Counted from the stretch's first letter, positions 39,508-49,404 are shown. The stretch: DNA of 64,000 nucleotides from Gemmatimonadota bacterium (GCA_045863275.1 BTVB01000017.1:10371-74370); one strand, 5' to 3'. Made by a program: numbers and translations. The notes: generated from the sequence alone by a model not told the origin.

Positions 39508-40151
39508 AGGCGGATGAAGGCGTCGGCGGCGCCCATCAGGACGGTCACCGGCCACATGAGGTATTGGAAGGCGTCGCGGGCCACGAACAGGAGGCCCACC
39601 AGGACCAGGATGCCGTACTGCCCCACCTTCCGGTACTGGAGCGCCACGGGGCGTGGAAGCGCGTGGAAGAGCACGTGGGACCCGTCCAGGGGCGGGATGG
39701 GGATCAGGTTGAAGACCGCCAGGATCAGGTTGATGACGATCCCGTAGGACGCCGCCTGCATCAGGAGCTCGGTGGCGCCCCCCAAGGGCCCGGCCAGGGC
39801 CTCCAACTTGAGGACCACCACCGTGGCCAGCGTGGCGACGACGGCCAGGATCAGGTTGGACACGATCCCCGCCAGGGAGACCCGGATGTCGCCCCACACG
39901 GCTTCGCGGTAGTTGGCGGGGTTCACCGGGACGGGCCTGGCCCACCCGAAAAGGAAGCCGCTCCCGCTGAAGTGCAGCGCCAGCGGGACCAGCACCGAAC
40001 CGATGGGGTCCAGGTGCGGCAGAGGGTTGAGCGTGATCCGCCCCAGCTTCTCTGCGGTGTGGTCGCCCTCGCGCCGGGCCTGCCAGGCGTGGGCGACTTC
40101 GTGGACGACGACCGAGAAGATGAGGACGACGGTGAGCAGGATTGCGTCCAT
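39498..40151 (-). CDS. M50 (site-2 protease) family membrane metalloprotease, short form
   Basis: Track ORF, 217 aa. It has the zinc motif VVHEVAHAW in TM1 and NLILAVFNLIPIPPLDGSHVL (the NxxPxxxLDG type). Confidence 0.8.
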   Translation of the reverse strand: MDAILLTVVLIFSVVVHEVAHAWQARREGDHTAEKLGRITLNPLPHLDPIGSVLVPLALHFSGSGFLFGWARPVPVNPANYREAVWGDIRVSLAGIVSNLILAVVATLATVVVLKLEALAGPLGGATELLMQAASYGIVINLILAVFNLIPIPPLDGSHVLFHALPRPVALQYRKVGQYGILVLVGLLFVARDAFQYLMWPVTVLMGAADAFIRLWI

Positions 40152-40245
40152 AGGCGGCGAAAACTACCGCACGGAGGGTGGGAGGGTCTAGGGCGCGCCG
40201 GCGACGTTAGATTGGGGCGACCGTCGACACCCACCCCGCTCCGTC

Positions 40246-41307
40246 ATGCGCTCCCGCCCCGCCTTCCTCGTCGCCGCGGCCCTCCTCGCCGCCGCGTGCG
40301 CGCCCGCCGCCGAGGCGCCCACCGACCCCGACGCCCTGCCCCTGAAGGGCACGGCTCCCTTCTCCCCGCTGGAGAAGGTGGACTTCGTGCTCCCCGACAC
40401 CCGCGGGGACGCCTACGACTTCCGCCGGGAGACGGAGGGCCGTATCGCGCTCCTCTTCTTCGGGTACACCTACTGCCCCGACATCTGCCCCATCCACATG
40501 GCGACGCTGGCCTCGGCGCTCCGGGACCTCCCCGAGGAGGTCCGGGGACGGGTGGTCACCGTCTTCGCCACCGTGGACCCTGCGCGGGACACGCCCGAGC
40601 GCCTCGGGAGCTGGCTCGCGGCCTTCGATTCGTCCTTCGTGGGGGTGCGCGGCACGCTGGAGGAGGTGACGGAGGCGCTGGCCTTCTACGGGTATCACGC
40701 CCCGGAGACCAGCGGAGAGGAGGTGGGCTACACGGTGGGCCACCCGGCGCTCATCTACGCCTTCACCCCCGACGGCCTGGGGAGGGCCATGTACGGCCCG
40801 GAGACCCCCAAGGCGACGTGGGTCCACGACCTCACGCTCATGGCGGGCCACGACTGGAGCGGCACGACGGCCCCCGCCGCCCCGGCGTCCGCCGACGGGG
40901 CCCTGGCCCTGGAAGCCGGGGGCATCCAGATCCTGGACCCGGTGGTGCCCCGTCCCCCCACGGCGACCACGACGGCGTTCTACTTCACCCTGCGCAACGT
41001 GGGCCCGGAGGCCGACACCCTCCTGGGCATCTCCAGCGCCGTGGCCGAGCACGCCTCCCTCCACGACATGGTCCTGGAGGGGAACGTGATGCGCATGGCG
41101 CCCCTCGAGGGGGGGATCACCCTGGAGCCCGGGGCCACGGTGCGGCTGGAGCCCGGGGCCCGCCACGGCATGCTCGAGGGCCTCGGGGAGCTCCCCGAGG
41201 CCGGCGGGACGGTGACGGTGGTTCTGCGCTTCGCCCGGGCCGGCGAGGTCGCCGTCCCCGCCAGGGTGGTCCGGTACGAGGACGTGGGGCGGCGCGGACC
41301 CCGGTAG
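40246..41307 (+). CDS. Lipoprotein fusing a SCO1/SenC thioredoxin-fold domain to a PCuAC (DUF461) copper chaperone domain
   Basis: Track ORF, 353 aa. It has a lipobox (LLAAAC). The Sco part has FFGYTYCPDICP (CxxxC) and a later GHPALIY His. The C-terminal part has HDM..M.M plus HGM, consistent with the PCuAC H(M)x10Mx21HxM pattern. Confidence 0.75.
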   Translation: MRSRPAFLVAAALLAAACAPAAEAPTDPDALPLKGTAPFSPLEKVDFVLPDTRGDAYDFRRETEGRIALLFFGYTYCPDICPIHMATLASALRDLPEEVRGRVVTVFATVDPARDTPERLGSWLAAFDSSFVGVRGTLEEVTEALAFYGYHAPETSGEEVGYTVGHPALIYAFTPDGLGRAMYGPETPKATWVHDLTLMAGHDWSGTTAPAAPASADGALALEAGGIQILDPVVPRPPTATTTAFYFTLRNVGPEADTLLGISSAVAEHASLHDMVLEGNVMRMAPLEGGITLEPGATVRLEPGARHGMLEGLGELPEAGGTVTVVLRFARAGEVAVPARVVRYEDVGRRGPR

Positions 41308-41418
41308 CGGCGTGCTCTCCGGGGTCCGGCCGGCTGGGGGATTGATCGCCGAGCCATCCGTTTCTAGTTTTGTTGGCTCTGTAGACCGCAGTCGAGCCCT
41401 ACCGTGCCCGAGTGAAGC

Positions 41419-41676
41419 ATGCCGAACATCAAGAGTGCCCAGAAGCGCATGGAGCTGAGCCGTGCGGCCCGCCTGAAGAACCGGGCCGAGCGCTCCAGGA
41501 TCCGCACCGCCATGAAGCGCGTCCGCCAGGCCGCCACCGCCGAGGAGGGCCAGGCCCGCCTCGTGGAGGCCCAGGCCGTGCTGGACCGGGCTGCCAACCG
41601 CCGCCTCTACCACCCCAACGCGGTGGCTCGCCTCAAGGGGCAGCTCATGAAGCACGTGCAGACGCTGTCGGCCTGA
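41419..41676 (+). CDS. rpsT: 30S ribosomal protein S20
   Basis: Track ORF, 85 aa. It begins MPNIKSAQKRMELSRAARLKNRAERSRIRTAMKRV. Confidence 0.95.
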   Translation: MPNIKSAQKRMELSRAARLKNRAERSRIRTAMKRVRQAATAEEGQARLVEAQAVLDRAANRRLYHPNAVARLKGQLMKHVQTLSA

Positions 41677-41698
41677 CCCCCGACGCGGGCACCACGAA

Positions 41699-41736
41699 AA
41701 GAACCCGGCCGGGCTGAGGAGCCCGGCCGGGTTCTT
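41699..41736. terminator. Bidirectional intrinsic-terminator-like hairpin between rpsT and pyrC
   Basis: AAGAACCCGGCCGGGC (41699-41714), loop TGAGGA, GCCCGGCCGGGTTCTT (41721-41736). This is a perfect 16-bp stem. T-rich runs flank it on both strands (TTCTTCGTT on plus, TTTT on minus). Confidence 0.6.
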
Positions 41737-41767
41737 CGTTCCACCCACCGGCGCGCGGTGGGCCGCC

Positions 41768-43051
41768 CTACCCCCCGAAGACCGTCCGCCCTCCCACCAG
41801 GGTGTAGCGCACCACCCCCTTCAGGTCCCAGCCGCCGAAGGGCGTGTTCCTGCTCCGGGAGAGGAACCGGCGGGGCTCCACCGTCCAGGCGGCCTCGGGG
41901 TCGAACACGGTGACGTCGGCCACCGAGCCCTTCGCCAGCGTCCCGCCGGGAAGGCCGAAGGCCCGGGCAGGCTGACAGCTCATGCGCTCCACCATGGTGG
42001 GAAGGTCGATGACCCCCTCCCCCACCACGTGGGTGAGGATCAGCCCCAGCGCCGTCTCCAGCCCCACGATGCCGTTCGGCGCGTCGGTGAAGGCCGCCTC
42101 CTTCTCGTCGTAGTGGTGCGGCGCGTGGTCGGTGGCGATGGTGTCCAGCGTGCCGTCGGCCAGGCCGGCCCGCACCGCGTCCCGGTCCTCCGCCGCCCGC
42201 AGGGGCGGGTTCATCTTGGCCTCGGTGCGGTACCCCTCCACCGCGTCCTCGGTGAGGATGAGGTGGTGGGGGCTGGCCTCGGCGGTGACGTGAACCCCCC
42301 GGGCCTTGGCCTGCCGGATGCTCTCCACGCCGAACCGGGTGGACACGTGCTGGAGGTGGATGTGCCCGCCGGTGAGCTCCGCCAGGAGGAGGTCCCGCAC
42401 GATGTGGATGTCCTCGGCGGCGTTGGGCTTCCCGGGGAGCCCCAGCCGCGTGGAGATGAGGCCGGCGTTCATGTGCCCCTTGCCCGAGAGCGTCAGGTCC
42501 TCGGGGTGGTCCGCCACAGGGATCCCGAAGGACTGGGCGTAGAGCAGCGCCAGGCGCATGAGCCCCGAGTCCATGACCGGGCTGCCGTCGTCGGTGACGG
42601 CCACGGCCCCCGCCTCCACCATCTCGCCGATGAGGGCCAATCGCTCTCCCTGCCGGCCCGCGGAGATGCACCCCACGGGGTACACGCGCGCCGCCCCGGC
42701 CCGGCGCCCCTCCGCGGCCACGAAGCCGACCGTGGCCGGATCGTCGATGGGGGGATCGGTGTTGGGCATGGCGCAGATGGCGGTGAAGCCTCCCGCAGCC
42801 GCGGCGCGGGCGCCGGACGCTATGGTCTCCTTGTGCTCGTTCCCGGGCTCGCGGAGGTGGACGTGGACGTCGATGAGCCCCGGTGTCACGACGAGCCCGG
42901 CGCACTCGAGGACCCGGGCGTCCTCGGCGGCGGCGAGGCCCTCGCCCACCTCGGCCACGCTCCCGTCCACCAGGAGCACGTCCAACGCGCGGTCCAGGGC
43001 CTGGGAGGGGTCCACCACCCGCCCGCCCCTGAGGAGGACCTTGGCGCTCAT
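41768..43051 (-). CDS. pyrC: Dihydroorotase
   Basis: Track ORF, 427 aa. It contains [18 protein letters not shown] and ATDHAPH. Its ATG overlaps the pyrB stop as ATGA. Confidence 0.9.
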   Translation of the reverse strand: MSAKVLLRGGRVVDPSQALDRALDVLLVDGSVAEVGEGLAAAEDARVLECAGLVVTPGLIDVHVHLREPGNEHKETIASGARAAAAGGFTAICAMPNTDPPIDDPATVGFVAAEGRRAGAARVYPVGCISAGRQGERLALIGEMVEAGAVAVTDDGSPVMDSGLMRLALLYAQSFGIPVADHPEDLTLSGKGHMNAGLISTRLGLPGKPNAAEDIHIVRDLLLAELTGGHIHLQHVSTRFGVESIRQAKARGVHVTAEASPHHLILTEDAVEGYRTEAKMNPPLRAAEDRDAVRAGLADGTLDTIATDHAPHHYDEKEAAFTDAPNGIVGLETALGLILTHVVGEGVIDLPTMVERMSCQPARAFGLPGGTLAKGSVADVTVFDPEAAWTVEPRRFLSRSRNTPFGGWDLKGVVRYTLVGGRTVFGG

Positions 43052-44019
43052 GCCTCACCTCCCTGCTTGGCCGCCTCGGCCTTCTCGGGCTGGCCACCCG
43101 CCAGCAGGTAGAGGACCGCCATGCGCACGGCGACGCCGTTGGTGACCTGGTTGAGGATCACCGAGTGCTCGCCGTCGGCCACGTCCGAGTCGATCTCCAC
43201 GCCCCGGTTCATGGGGCCCGGGTGGAGGATGAGGAGGTCCTTGGGCGCTCGGGAGAGGCGCTCGGTGGTCACGCCCCAGACGCGGTTGTACTCGCGCAGG
43301 GAGGGCACGTAGCCCGCCTGCATCCGCTCGAGCTGGAGGCGGAGCACGTTGAGGACGTCCGCCCACTGGATGGCGTCCTCCACGTGGGTGAAGACCTCCA
43401 CGCCCAGGTCCCGGAAGCCCCGGGGCACCAGCGTGGGAGGGCCGCACACCGCCACCTCGGCGCCGAGCTTGAGGAGCCCGTAGATGTTGGAGCGGGCCAC
43501 GCGGGAGTGGAGCACGTCGCCCACGATGCACACCTTGAGCCCCTCGATGCGCCCCCTGTGGTCCCGGATGGTGAGCATGTCCAGGAGCCCCTGCGTAGGG
43601 TGCTCGTGGGAGCCGTCGCCGGCGTTGATGACGTTGGACGGGATGCGCTCGGCCAGGAACCGGGCCGCTCCCGACGCGCCGTGGCGCATGACGACCATGT
43701 CGATGCGCATGGCCTCCAGGTTCCTCGCCGTGTCCACCAGCGTCTCCCCCTTGGACACCGACGACTGGGCCGCGGCGATGTTCACCGTGTCGGCGGAGAG
43801 CCGCTTCTCGGCGAACTCGAAGGACACCCGGGTCCGGGTGGACGCTTCGAAGAAGAGGTTGACGATGGTCTTTCCCCGCAACACGGGGACCTTCTTGATC
43901 CGACGCTCCGAGATCTCCTTGAAGGGCTCGGCCGTGTCGAGGATGGCGACGATCTGCTGGCGGGAGAGGGGTTCGAGGCCGACGAGGTCTTTGCCGAGGG
44001 CAGACGCCGTCTGGTTCAC
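43048..44019 (-). CDS. pyrB: Aspartate carbamoyltransferase catalytic subunit
   Basis: Track ORF, 323 aa. It contains [28 protein letters not shown] and [11 protein letters not shown]. Confidence 0.95.
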   Translation of the reverse strand: MNQTASALGKDLVGLEPLSRQQIVAILDTAEPFKEISERRIKKVPVLRGKTIVNLFFEASTRTRVSFEFAEKRLSADTVNIAAAQSSVSKGETLVDTARNLEAMRIDMVVMRHGASGAARFLAERIPSNVINAGDGSHEHPTQGLLDMLTIRDHRGRIEGLKVCIVGDVLHSRVARSNIYGLLKLGAEVAVCGPPTLVPRGFRDLGVEVFTHVEDAIQWADVLNVLRLQLERMQAGYVPSLREYNRVWGVTTERLSRAPKDLLILHPGPMNRGVEIDSDVADGEHSVILNQVTNGVAVRMAVLYLLAGGQPEKAEAAKQGGEA

Positions 44020-44577
44020 TCAAGCCTCCGGATGTGTGAAGACGAGATCCACGGCGAGGCGCCCGTCCAGCTCCGGGACGAGGACCTCGACGCTCTGATG
44101 CTCTTCCAGGACGTCCAGGTGGCGTCCCACGATGTCGGGCTGGATGGGGAGCTCGCGCCCGCCCCGGTCCACCAGGACGCACAGGAGGATCCGGCCCGGA
44201 CGGCCCCAGTCCATGAGCTCGTTGATGGCGGCCCGGGCGGTACGCCCCGTGTGCTGGACGTCGTCCACGAGCACGATGGTCTTCCCGTCGATGCCCGTGT
44301 GGGGGAGCTCGGACCCGCCGATGATGGGGCGGGGGCCGATGGCCTCCAGGTCGTCCCGGTAGAGGGAGATGTCGATGGAGCCCTCGGGCACCGGGGCTCC
44401 CTCCGCCGCCTCGATCTCCCCGCGGAGGAGCTCGGCGATCTGCACCCCCCTGCGGTGGATGCCCATGACGGCCAGGTTCGCCGTCCCTCCGTTCCTCTCG
44501 ACGATCTCCCGCGCCATGCGCGCCACGGCCCTCCGGACCGCGGTCTCGTCCATCACGGGGATGCGTTCGGCGCTCAT
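44020..44577 (-). CDS. pyrR: Bifunctional pyrimidine operon regulator / uracil phosphoribosyltransferase PyrR
   Basis: Last 185 aa of track ORF 44020..46761, from ATG 44577. It contains GIHRRGV, ISLYRDD and the PRPP loop IVLVDDVQHTGRTARAA. pyrB starts immediately after its stop. Confidence 0.9.
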   Translation of the reverse strand: MSAERIPVMDETAVRRAVARMAREIVERNGGTANLAVMGIHRRGVQIAELLRGEIEAAEGAPVPEGSIDISLYRDDLEAIGPRPIIGGSELPHTGIDGKTIVLVDDVQHTGRTARAAINELMDWGRPGRILLCVLVDRGGRELPIQPDIVGRHLDVLEEHQSVEVLVPELDGRLAVDLVFTHPEA

Positions 44578-44610
44578 GCGGAGGCTGGTTGGGAAGGCGA
44601 AGGTCGCCCG

Positions 44611-44639
44611 AACGTAGCGGCGCCTCCGGGAAGGGTCAA
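44611..44639 (-). promoter_or_regulatory. Candidate sigma-70-type promoter of pyrR-pyrB-pyrC
   Basis: The minus strand reads TTGACC (44639..44634), a 17-nt spacer, TACGTT (44616..44611), then 33 nt to ATG 44577. No obvious SD is present. Confidence 0.35.
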
Positions 44640-44724
44640 CGACCGGCGCCAGGGTTGTCACGGCCCCGTGTGGCGGGCCATGATGTCGGGTCCCCAGCCA
44701 CCGTCCAACACCCCCCGGAGCGTC

Positions 44725-46656
44725 ATGCGCACCCCCCTCCTCCGCCTCGCGGCCCTGGCCCTCCTCCTCGGCGCGGCGCCCCTTCCCGGCGCCGCCCAGG
44801 AGTTGAAAAAGGCCCCCACGGTGGTCCTGGACGGCGTCCCCTTCCGGGTGGAGGCCACCGCCGGGATCGACCCGGTGCAGCTGGAGGTGCGGGACGCCGC
44901 CGGGCAGCTGCTGGGACGGGCCTCCGCGGGCCCGCTGGGCACCGCCGCCGCCGAGGGGCTCCGGGTCACGGAGAAGAGCCAGCTCCCCCTCCAGGTCCTG
45001 GTGAACGGCGAGGCCACGGAGGTGGCGCCCACCTTCGCCCCGGGGTGGTTCTCCCTCCTGCCCCCGCTCCTCGCCATCATCCTGGCCCTGGTGTTCAGGG
45101 AGGTGGTCACCGCCCTCTTCGCCGGCGTCTGGCTGGGGGCGCTGGCGGTGGCCGGCTTCAACCCCATCTCGGCCACCTGGCGCTTCATCGACACCTTCGC
45201 CGTCCCCGCGCTGGGCGACGTGGACGGCGGGCACACGCAGATCGTGGTGTTCTCCCTCCTCCTGGGCGGCATGGTGGGGATCATCGCCCGCAACGGCGGC
45301 ACCATGGGCATCGTGGAGGCGGTGGCCCCCTTCGCCCGAAGCCCCCGCCGCGGGAAGCTCGCCACCTGGCTGGCGGGCATGGCCATCTTCTTCGACGATT
45401 ACGCCAACACGCTCATCGTCGGCAACACCATGCGGCCCATCACGGACCGCCTGAAGGTGTCCAGGGAGAAGCTGGCGTACCTGGTGGACTCCACGGCGGC
45501 GCCGGTGGCCGCGCTGGTGCCCATCTCCACCTGGGTGGGCTACGAGATCAGCCTCATCTCCGACGGGCTCCGCATCGCCGCCGAGCAGAACCCGGACCAC
45601 GCCGCCGCCCTCGTCTCGGCGAGCCCCTTCACCATCTTCCTCCACACCATCCCCTACCTCTTCTACCCCCTCCTGGCGCTCCTCTTCGTCTTCCTCACGT
45701 CGTTCATGGACCGGGACTTCGGCCCCATGGCCGGCGCCGAACTCCGGGCGCTCTCGGGCAAGGGCCTCCACAGGGAGGGGGCCCAGCTCGCCACCGACAC
45801 GTCGGGGCACATCATGGACCCGAAGGAGGGGGTACGGCACCGCTGGTGGAACGCCGCGGTGCCGGTGCTCACGGTGATCTTCGTCGTGCTCGTCGGGCTC
45901 TACACCACGGGCCGCGCGGGCGCGGGTCCCGAGGCCTCCCTCATGGACGTCTTCGGGGAGGCCGACCCCTTCGCCACGCTCCTCTGGGGCTCGCTGGCCG
46001 GGTGCCTGATGGCCATCGTCATGTCGGCGGCCCAGGGAATCCTCACCGTCACGGAAGGCATCGATGCCTGGCTGGGGGGGCTCCGGGCCATGGTGGTGGC
46101 CATGGTCATCCTGGTCCTGGCCTGGTCGCTGGGCTCGGTGACCGAGGAGATCGGGACGGCGCAGTATCTCGCCACCATTCTGACCGGCCGGGTGACCCTC
46201 CACCTGATCCCGGTCATCGTGTTCATCACGGCGGCGGCCATGTCCTTCGCCACGGGGACGTCGTGGGGCACCATGGCCATCCTCCTGCCGCTGGTCATCC
46301 CCCTCACCGTCTCCCTGGGCGGCGACGCCGGCTTCGACGGCGGCACCCACTACTCCATCCTGCTGGGCGCCATCAGCTCGGTGCTGGCGGGGGCCATCTT
46401 CGGCGACCACTGCTCGCCCATCTCCGACACCACCGTGCTCTCGTCCACGGCGTCGGGGTGCGACCACGTGGACCACGTGAGGACCCAGCTCCCCTACGCC
46501 TTCCTGGTCGCCGGCGTGGGGATGCTCCTGGGCGACATCGGCACCGCCTACGGGCTCCCCAACTGGGCGGCGCTGCTGGGAGGCGGCGTGCTGCTCTTCC
46601 TCTTCCTCCGGTTCTTCGGGACGAAGGTGCGCGAGGAGGTGGCCGAGACGGCCTGA
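44725..46656 (+). CDS. NhaC-family Na+/H+ antiporter with an N-terminal extracytoplasmic domain of about 95 aa
   Basis: C-terminal 643 aa of track ORF 43165..46656, from ATG 44725 (signal-like MRTPLLRLAALALLLGAAPLPGAAQ). An alternative start is ATG 44680. NhaC-like segments are present (FFDDYANTLIVGNTMRPITD, DSTAAPVA, SPISDTTVLSS). Confidence 0.8.
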   Translation: MRTPLLRLAALALLLGAAPLPGAAQELKKAPTVVLDGVPFRVEATAGIDPVQLEVRDAAGQLLGRASAGPLGTAAAEGLRVTEKSQLPLQVLVNGEATEVAPTFAPGWFSLLPPLLAIILALVFREVVTALFAGVWLGALAVAGFNPISATWRFIDTFAVPALGDVDGGHTQIVVFSLLLGGMVGIIARNGGTMGIVEAVAPFARSPRRGKLATWLAGMAIFFDDYANTLIVGNTMRPITDRLKVSREKLAYLVDSTAAPVAALVPISTWVGYEISLISDGLRIAAEQNPDHAAALVSASPFTIFLHTIPYLFYPLLALLFVFLTSFMDRDFGPMAGAELRALSGKGLHREGAQLATDTSGHIMDPKEGVRHRWWNAAVPVLTVIFVVLVGLYTTGRAGAGPEASLMDVFGEADPFATLLWGSLAGCLMAIVMSAAQGILTVTEGIDAWLGGLRAMVVAMVILVLAWSLGSVTEEIGTAQYLATILTGRVTLHLIPVIVFITAAAMSFATGTSWGTMAILLPLVIPLTVSLGGDAGFDGGTHYSILLGAISSVLAGAIFGDHCSPISDTTVLSSTASGCDHVDHVRTQLPYAFLVAGVGMLLGDIGTAYGLPNWAALLGGGVLLFLFLRFFGTKVREEVAETA

Positions 46657-46657
46657 C

Positions 46658-47530
46658 ATGAGCACCGGTGCGAGGATGGACGGCATCCTCGAGGCTGCTC
46701 CCGCATGGGCCGTAGGAGCCGCCTCTGCGATCTTGGTGGCCGTGGTCGGCCTCATCGACATGGCTACCGGGAGCGAGGTGTCCTCCTCGGTGTTCTACGC
46801 CCTCCCGGTAGGACTGGCGGCGTGGTACGCCGGGTGGAGGTGGGGCGTGGGGATGGGCCTCCTGGCCGCCGCCAGCTGGTACCAGGCGGACCTGTGGGCG
46901 GGGGCAGCCTACTCGGCGTCCTGGATTCCCATCTGGAACGCCGGCGTGCGCCTGGCGTTCTTCCTCATCATCGCGCGCCTGCTCGTGCGGCTGCGCGTCG
47001 CCCTGTCGGCCCAGCGGGCGCTGGCCGAGGTGGACCCCCTCACCGGCCTGGCGAACCACCGCCGGTTCTTCGCCGCCGTCCACGAGGAGGTCGCGCGCGC
47101 GGCCCGCTACAGGCGGGCGCTGAGCCTGGCGTACCTGGACCTGGACGGCTTCAAGGCGGTGAACGACCGGTGGGGACACGCCGTCGGCGACGACGTGCTG
47201 GAGGCCGTGGGACGCACCCTCCGCGACCAGCTCCGTGTCACCGATCTGCCCGCGCGGCTCGGCGGGGACGAGTTCGCCGTGCTCTTCCCCGAGACCGATG
47301 CCCAGGCGGCGCGGGAGGCCGCCGTGAAGCTCCGGGGCGTCCTGGAGACCGCGATGGCGGCAAAGGGCTGGCCCGTCGGCTTCAGCATGGGCGTGGTCAC
47401 CTCCGGAGGGGACGTCTCCGACCCCGAGGAGCTCGTGCGCCGGGCCGACGGGCTCATGTACGAGGTGAAGGGCTCGGGCAAGGGACGGACGACGTTCCTG
47501 GCCATCCCCGCGGTATCGGACGGAGGCTAG
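46658..47530 (+). CDS. Membrane-anchored diguanylate cyclase (GGDEF) with an RxxD inhibitory site
   Basis: Track ORF, 290 aa. It has about four N-terminal TM segments. Then come DPLTGLANHR, the I-site/active-site stretch RVTDLPARLGGDEF, and MYEVKGSGKG. It starts 2 nt after the nhaC stop. Confidence 0.85.
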   Translation: MSTGARMDGILEAAPAWAVGAASAILVAVVGLIDMATGSEVSSSVFYALPVGLAAWYAGWRWGVGMGLLAAASWYQADLWAGAAYSASWIPIWNAGVRLAFFLIIARLLVRLRVALSAQRALAEVDPLTGLANHRRFFAAVHEEVARAARYRRALSLAYLDLDGFKAVNDRWGHAVGDDVLEAVGRTLRDQLRVTDLPARLGGDEFAVLFPETDAQAAREAAVKLRGVLETAMAAKGWPVGFSMGVVTSGGDVSDPEELVRRADGLMYEVKGSGKGRTTFLAIPAVSDGG

Positions 47531-48882
47531 TCGCGCCCTCCGTCGACGGCCACGGCTCCGCCTTCGAAGCGGGCCCGGCCCACGTTCCGTAGGAACGGCA
47601 CGCCTCCGACCCGTCCCCCCTCGGTGACGGCCCAGTCGTAGGAGAAGAGCACCATGCCTCCGACGCCCTCCTTCCGGGCGATGTCGATCTTGTCCAGCGT
47701 GCCGTCCAGGCCGTTCTGGTAGGCGCCGATCCCCGCCCACACCCGGTCCCGTTTGCCGGCGGAGACGGTGGCCTCCCGGACCTGCCGCGTGAAGATCCCG
47801 TTCACCGGCGTGTAGGCCATGGGAACCACCACGTCCAGGATCCCCTCGTCCAGCCATCGCCGCCAGTCCTGGAAGCGGGCTCCGTACGCGTCCTCGGCGT
47901 TGGAGAACACCGCGGCGGAGACCACCAGGTCGGGGCGCCGCTCCTTGACCCCCCGGTAGACGCGCTCCACAAGCCCGGTGATCTGCTCCCGCCGGAACTC
48001 GCTCCACGCATCCGGGAGCGCGTCGGTGAAGGCGAACGGGTCGTTGCGGTACTGGTCGTCCAGGAGCGCGAAGCGCTCCGCCGGGACACGGGGACGCACC
48101 CAGCTCCGGAACCGCTCCAACGACCCCGCCGAATAGTCGAAGTCCCCGGAGGGGTAGCGGACGTAGTCGAAGTGGATGCCGTCGAGCTCGTAGCGCTCCG
48201 CCAGGTCCATCCACACCGCGAAGACGCGCTCCTGCACGCCAGGGTGGGAGGGGCTGGAGTACATGCCCTCCACCGTCGCGGGGTTCTGGAGCGCGTACCG
48301 CTGCAGCGCCTTGGCGTAGGAGGGGTCCCACGGATCGACCTGCCGGAGCCTGCGCGCCAGCGAGCGGGGCACCGCCAGCCAGTCGGGGCGCTCGTTCACC
48401 AGATGGAGCGGGCTCGCCGGGAGCGTCGGGCCGCTCCAGACCAGATGGGTGTTCACCCAGGCGTGGACCGCGATCCCCCGGGCATGGGCCTCGCGGATCA
48501 CCAGATCCAGCGGGTCCAGGTCCGGGTCGCCGATGAGCTCGGCCCGGGGCTCCCACCGGGACCGGTAGTACGCGTCACCCCGCCCGCGCACCTGCACGAG
48601 CAGCGTGTTGATGCCCCCCGCCTCGGCGTCCGCGACCATGGCGCGTATGCCCCTCTCGCTGGTGAGGGTCGAGCGCACCACCCACAGCCCCCGCACCTCC
48701 TCGAAGCGTCGCGTGGGGCCGGCTTCCGCCCCCACCCTCCGGGGGGCGGGCGCCCCCGCCGCTTCCGCCGGCGGCACGCCTCCCGTTCTGGTCCGCGCAC
48801 CCACGGGGCCTTCCGGCGCGGCCACCACCGAGCATCCTGCCATGGCGAAGGCGGCCAGCACACGGACGAGTCGGGCATGCAT
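47527..48882 (-). CDS. Glycoside-hydrolase-like GHL10 (DUF187/YngK-type) lipoprotein
   Basis: Track ORF, 451 aa. It has a lipobox (FAMAGC). The TIM-barrel-like pattern (GINTLLVQVRGRGDAYY, GIAVHAWVN, DGIHFDYVRYP) recalls the GHL10 family. Confidence 0.7.
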   Translation of the reverse strand: MHARLVRVLAAFAMAGCSVVAAPEGPVGARTRTGGVPPAEAAGAPAPRRVGAEAGPTRRFEEVRGLWVVRSTLTSERGIRAMVADAEAGGINTLLVQVRGRGDAYYRSRWEPRAELIGDPDLDPLDLVIREAHARGIAVHAWVNTHLVWSGPTLPASPLHLVNERPDWLAVPRSLARRLRQVDPWDPSYAKALQRYALQNPATVEGMYSSPSHPGVQERVFAVWMDLAERYELDGIHFDYVRYPSGDFDYSAGSLERFRSWVRPRVPAERFALLDDQYRNDPFAFTDALPDAWSEFRREQITGLVERVYRGVKERRPDLVVSAAVFSNAEDAYGARFQDWRRWLDEGILDVVVPMAYTPVNGIFTRQVREATVSAGKRDRVWAGIGAYQNGLDGTLDKIDIARKEGVGGMVLFSYDWAVTEGGRVGGVPFLRNVGRARFEGGAVAVDGGRD

Positions 48883-49404
48883 TCAGCGGCGCTCCTGGAA
48901 GAAGGTCCGAAGCAGGTCTCCCGCCGTCTCGGCCAGGATTCCGGGTGTCACCGCGCAGCGGTGGTTGAGGCGCGGGTCCTGGAGGAGGTTCCCCAGACTC
49001 CCCGCCATGCCGGCCTTGGGATCGGAGGCACCGTAGACCACCCTCGGGACGCGGCCCAGGACCAGCGCACCGCAGCACATCGTGCACGGCTCGAGGGTGA
49101 CGTAGAGCGTGGCCCCCTCCAGGCGGAAATCGCCCTGCGCACGGGCCGCGGCCCGAAGGGTCACCACCTCGGCGTGGGCGGTGGGGTCCGCCTGGGTGAG
49201 GGTGCGGTTGTGCCCCTCCGACACCACCCGTCCCTCTCGCACCAGCACCGCCCCCACGGGGACCTCGCCCCGGGCCCAGGCCGCCCGCGCCAGCTCGAGG
49301 GCGCGCGCCATGAAGAGCCGGTCGTGGGGCTCTTCGGGTGATGCGTGAAGCTGAGGGTGCTGAGGGTCGGCGTCGGGGGCGGCGGTTCGAGGCCCCGGCG
49401 CCAT
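48883..49404 (-). CDS. tadA: tRNA adenosine(34) deaminase
   Basis: Track ORF, 173 aa. It has the CDA zinc motifs HAEV and TLEPCTMCCGAL, plus VPVGAVLV. Its ATG shares one nt with the lexA stop (TGATG). Confidence 0.85.
   Translation of the reverse strand: MAPGPRTAAPDADPQHPQLHASPEEPHDRLFMARALELARAAWARGEVPVGAVLVREGRVVSEGHNRTLTQADPTAHAEVVTLRAAARAQGDFRLEGATLYVTLEPCTMCCGALVLGRVPRVVYGASDPKAGMAGSLGNLLQDPRLNHRCAVTPGILAETAGDLLRTFFQERR

Noticed and set aside
43165-44724. Upstream 520 aa of ORF 43165..46656, and upstream 728 aa of ORF 44020..46761.
   Set aside because: - These extensions are antisense to pyrB/pyrR and to nhaC respectively.
- Only the nhaC part (from 44725) and the pyrR part (to 44577) have genuine protein character.
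44578-44724. Possible PyrR-binding attenuator in the pyrR leader. CCCGGAGGCG is reminiscent of the PyrR loop, and GGAGGC/GCCTCC are complementary.
   Set aside because: - The GGAGG-containing segment falls inside the spacer of the best promoter candidate, so it would not be transcribed.
- There is no terminator/antiterminator pair.
- The match to the ARUCCAGAGAGG consensus is weak.
47527-47530. The convergent genes (GGDEF cyclase and GHL10 lipoprotein) overlap by 4 nt. Both stop in the palindrome CTAG.
   Set aside because: - The observation is real but trivial.
- It is a consequence of tight packing and is not a functional element.
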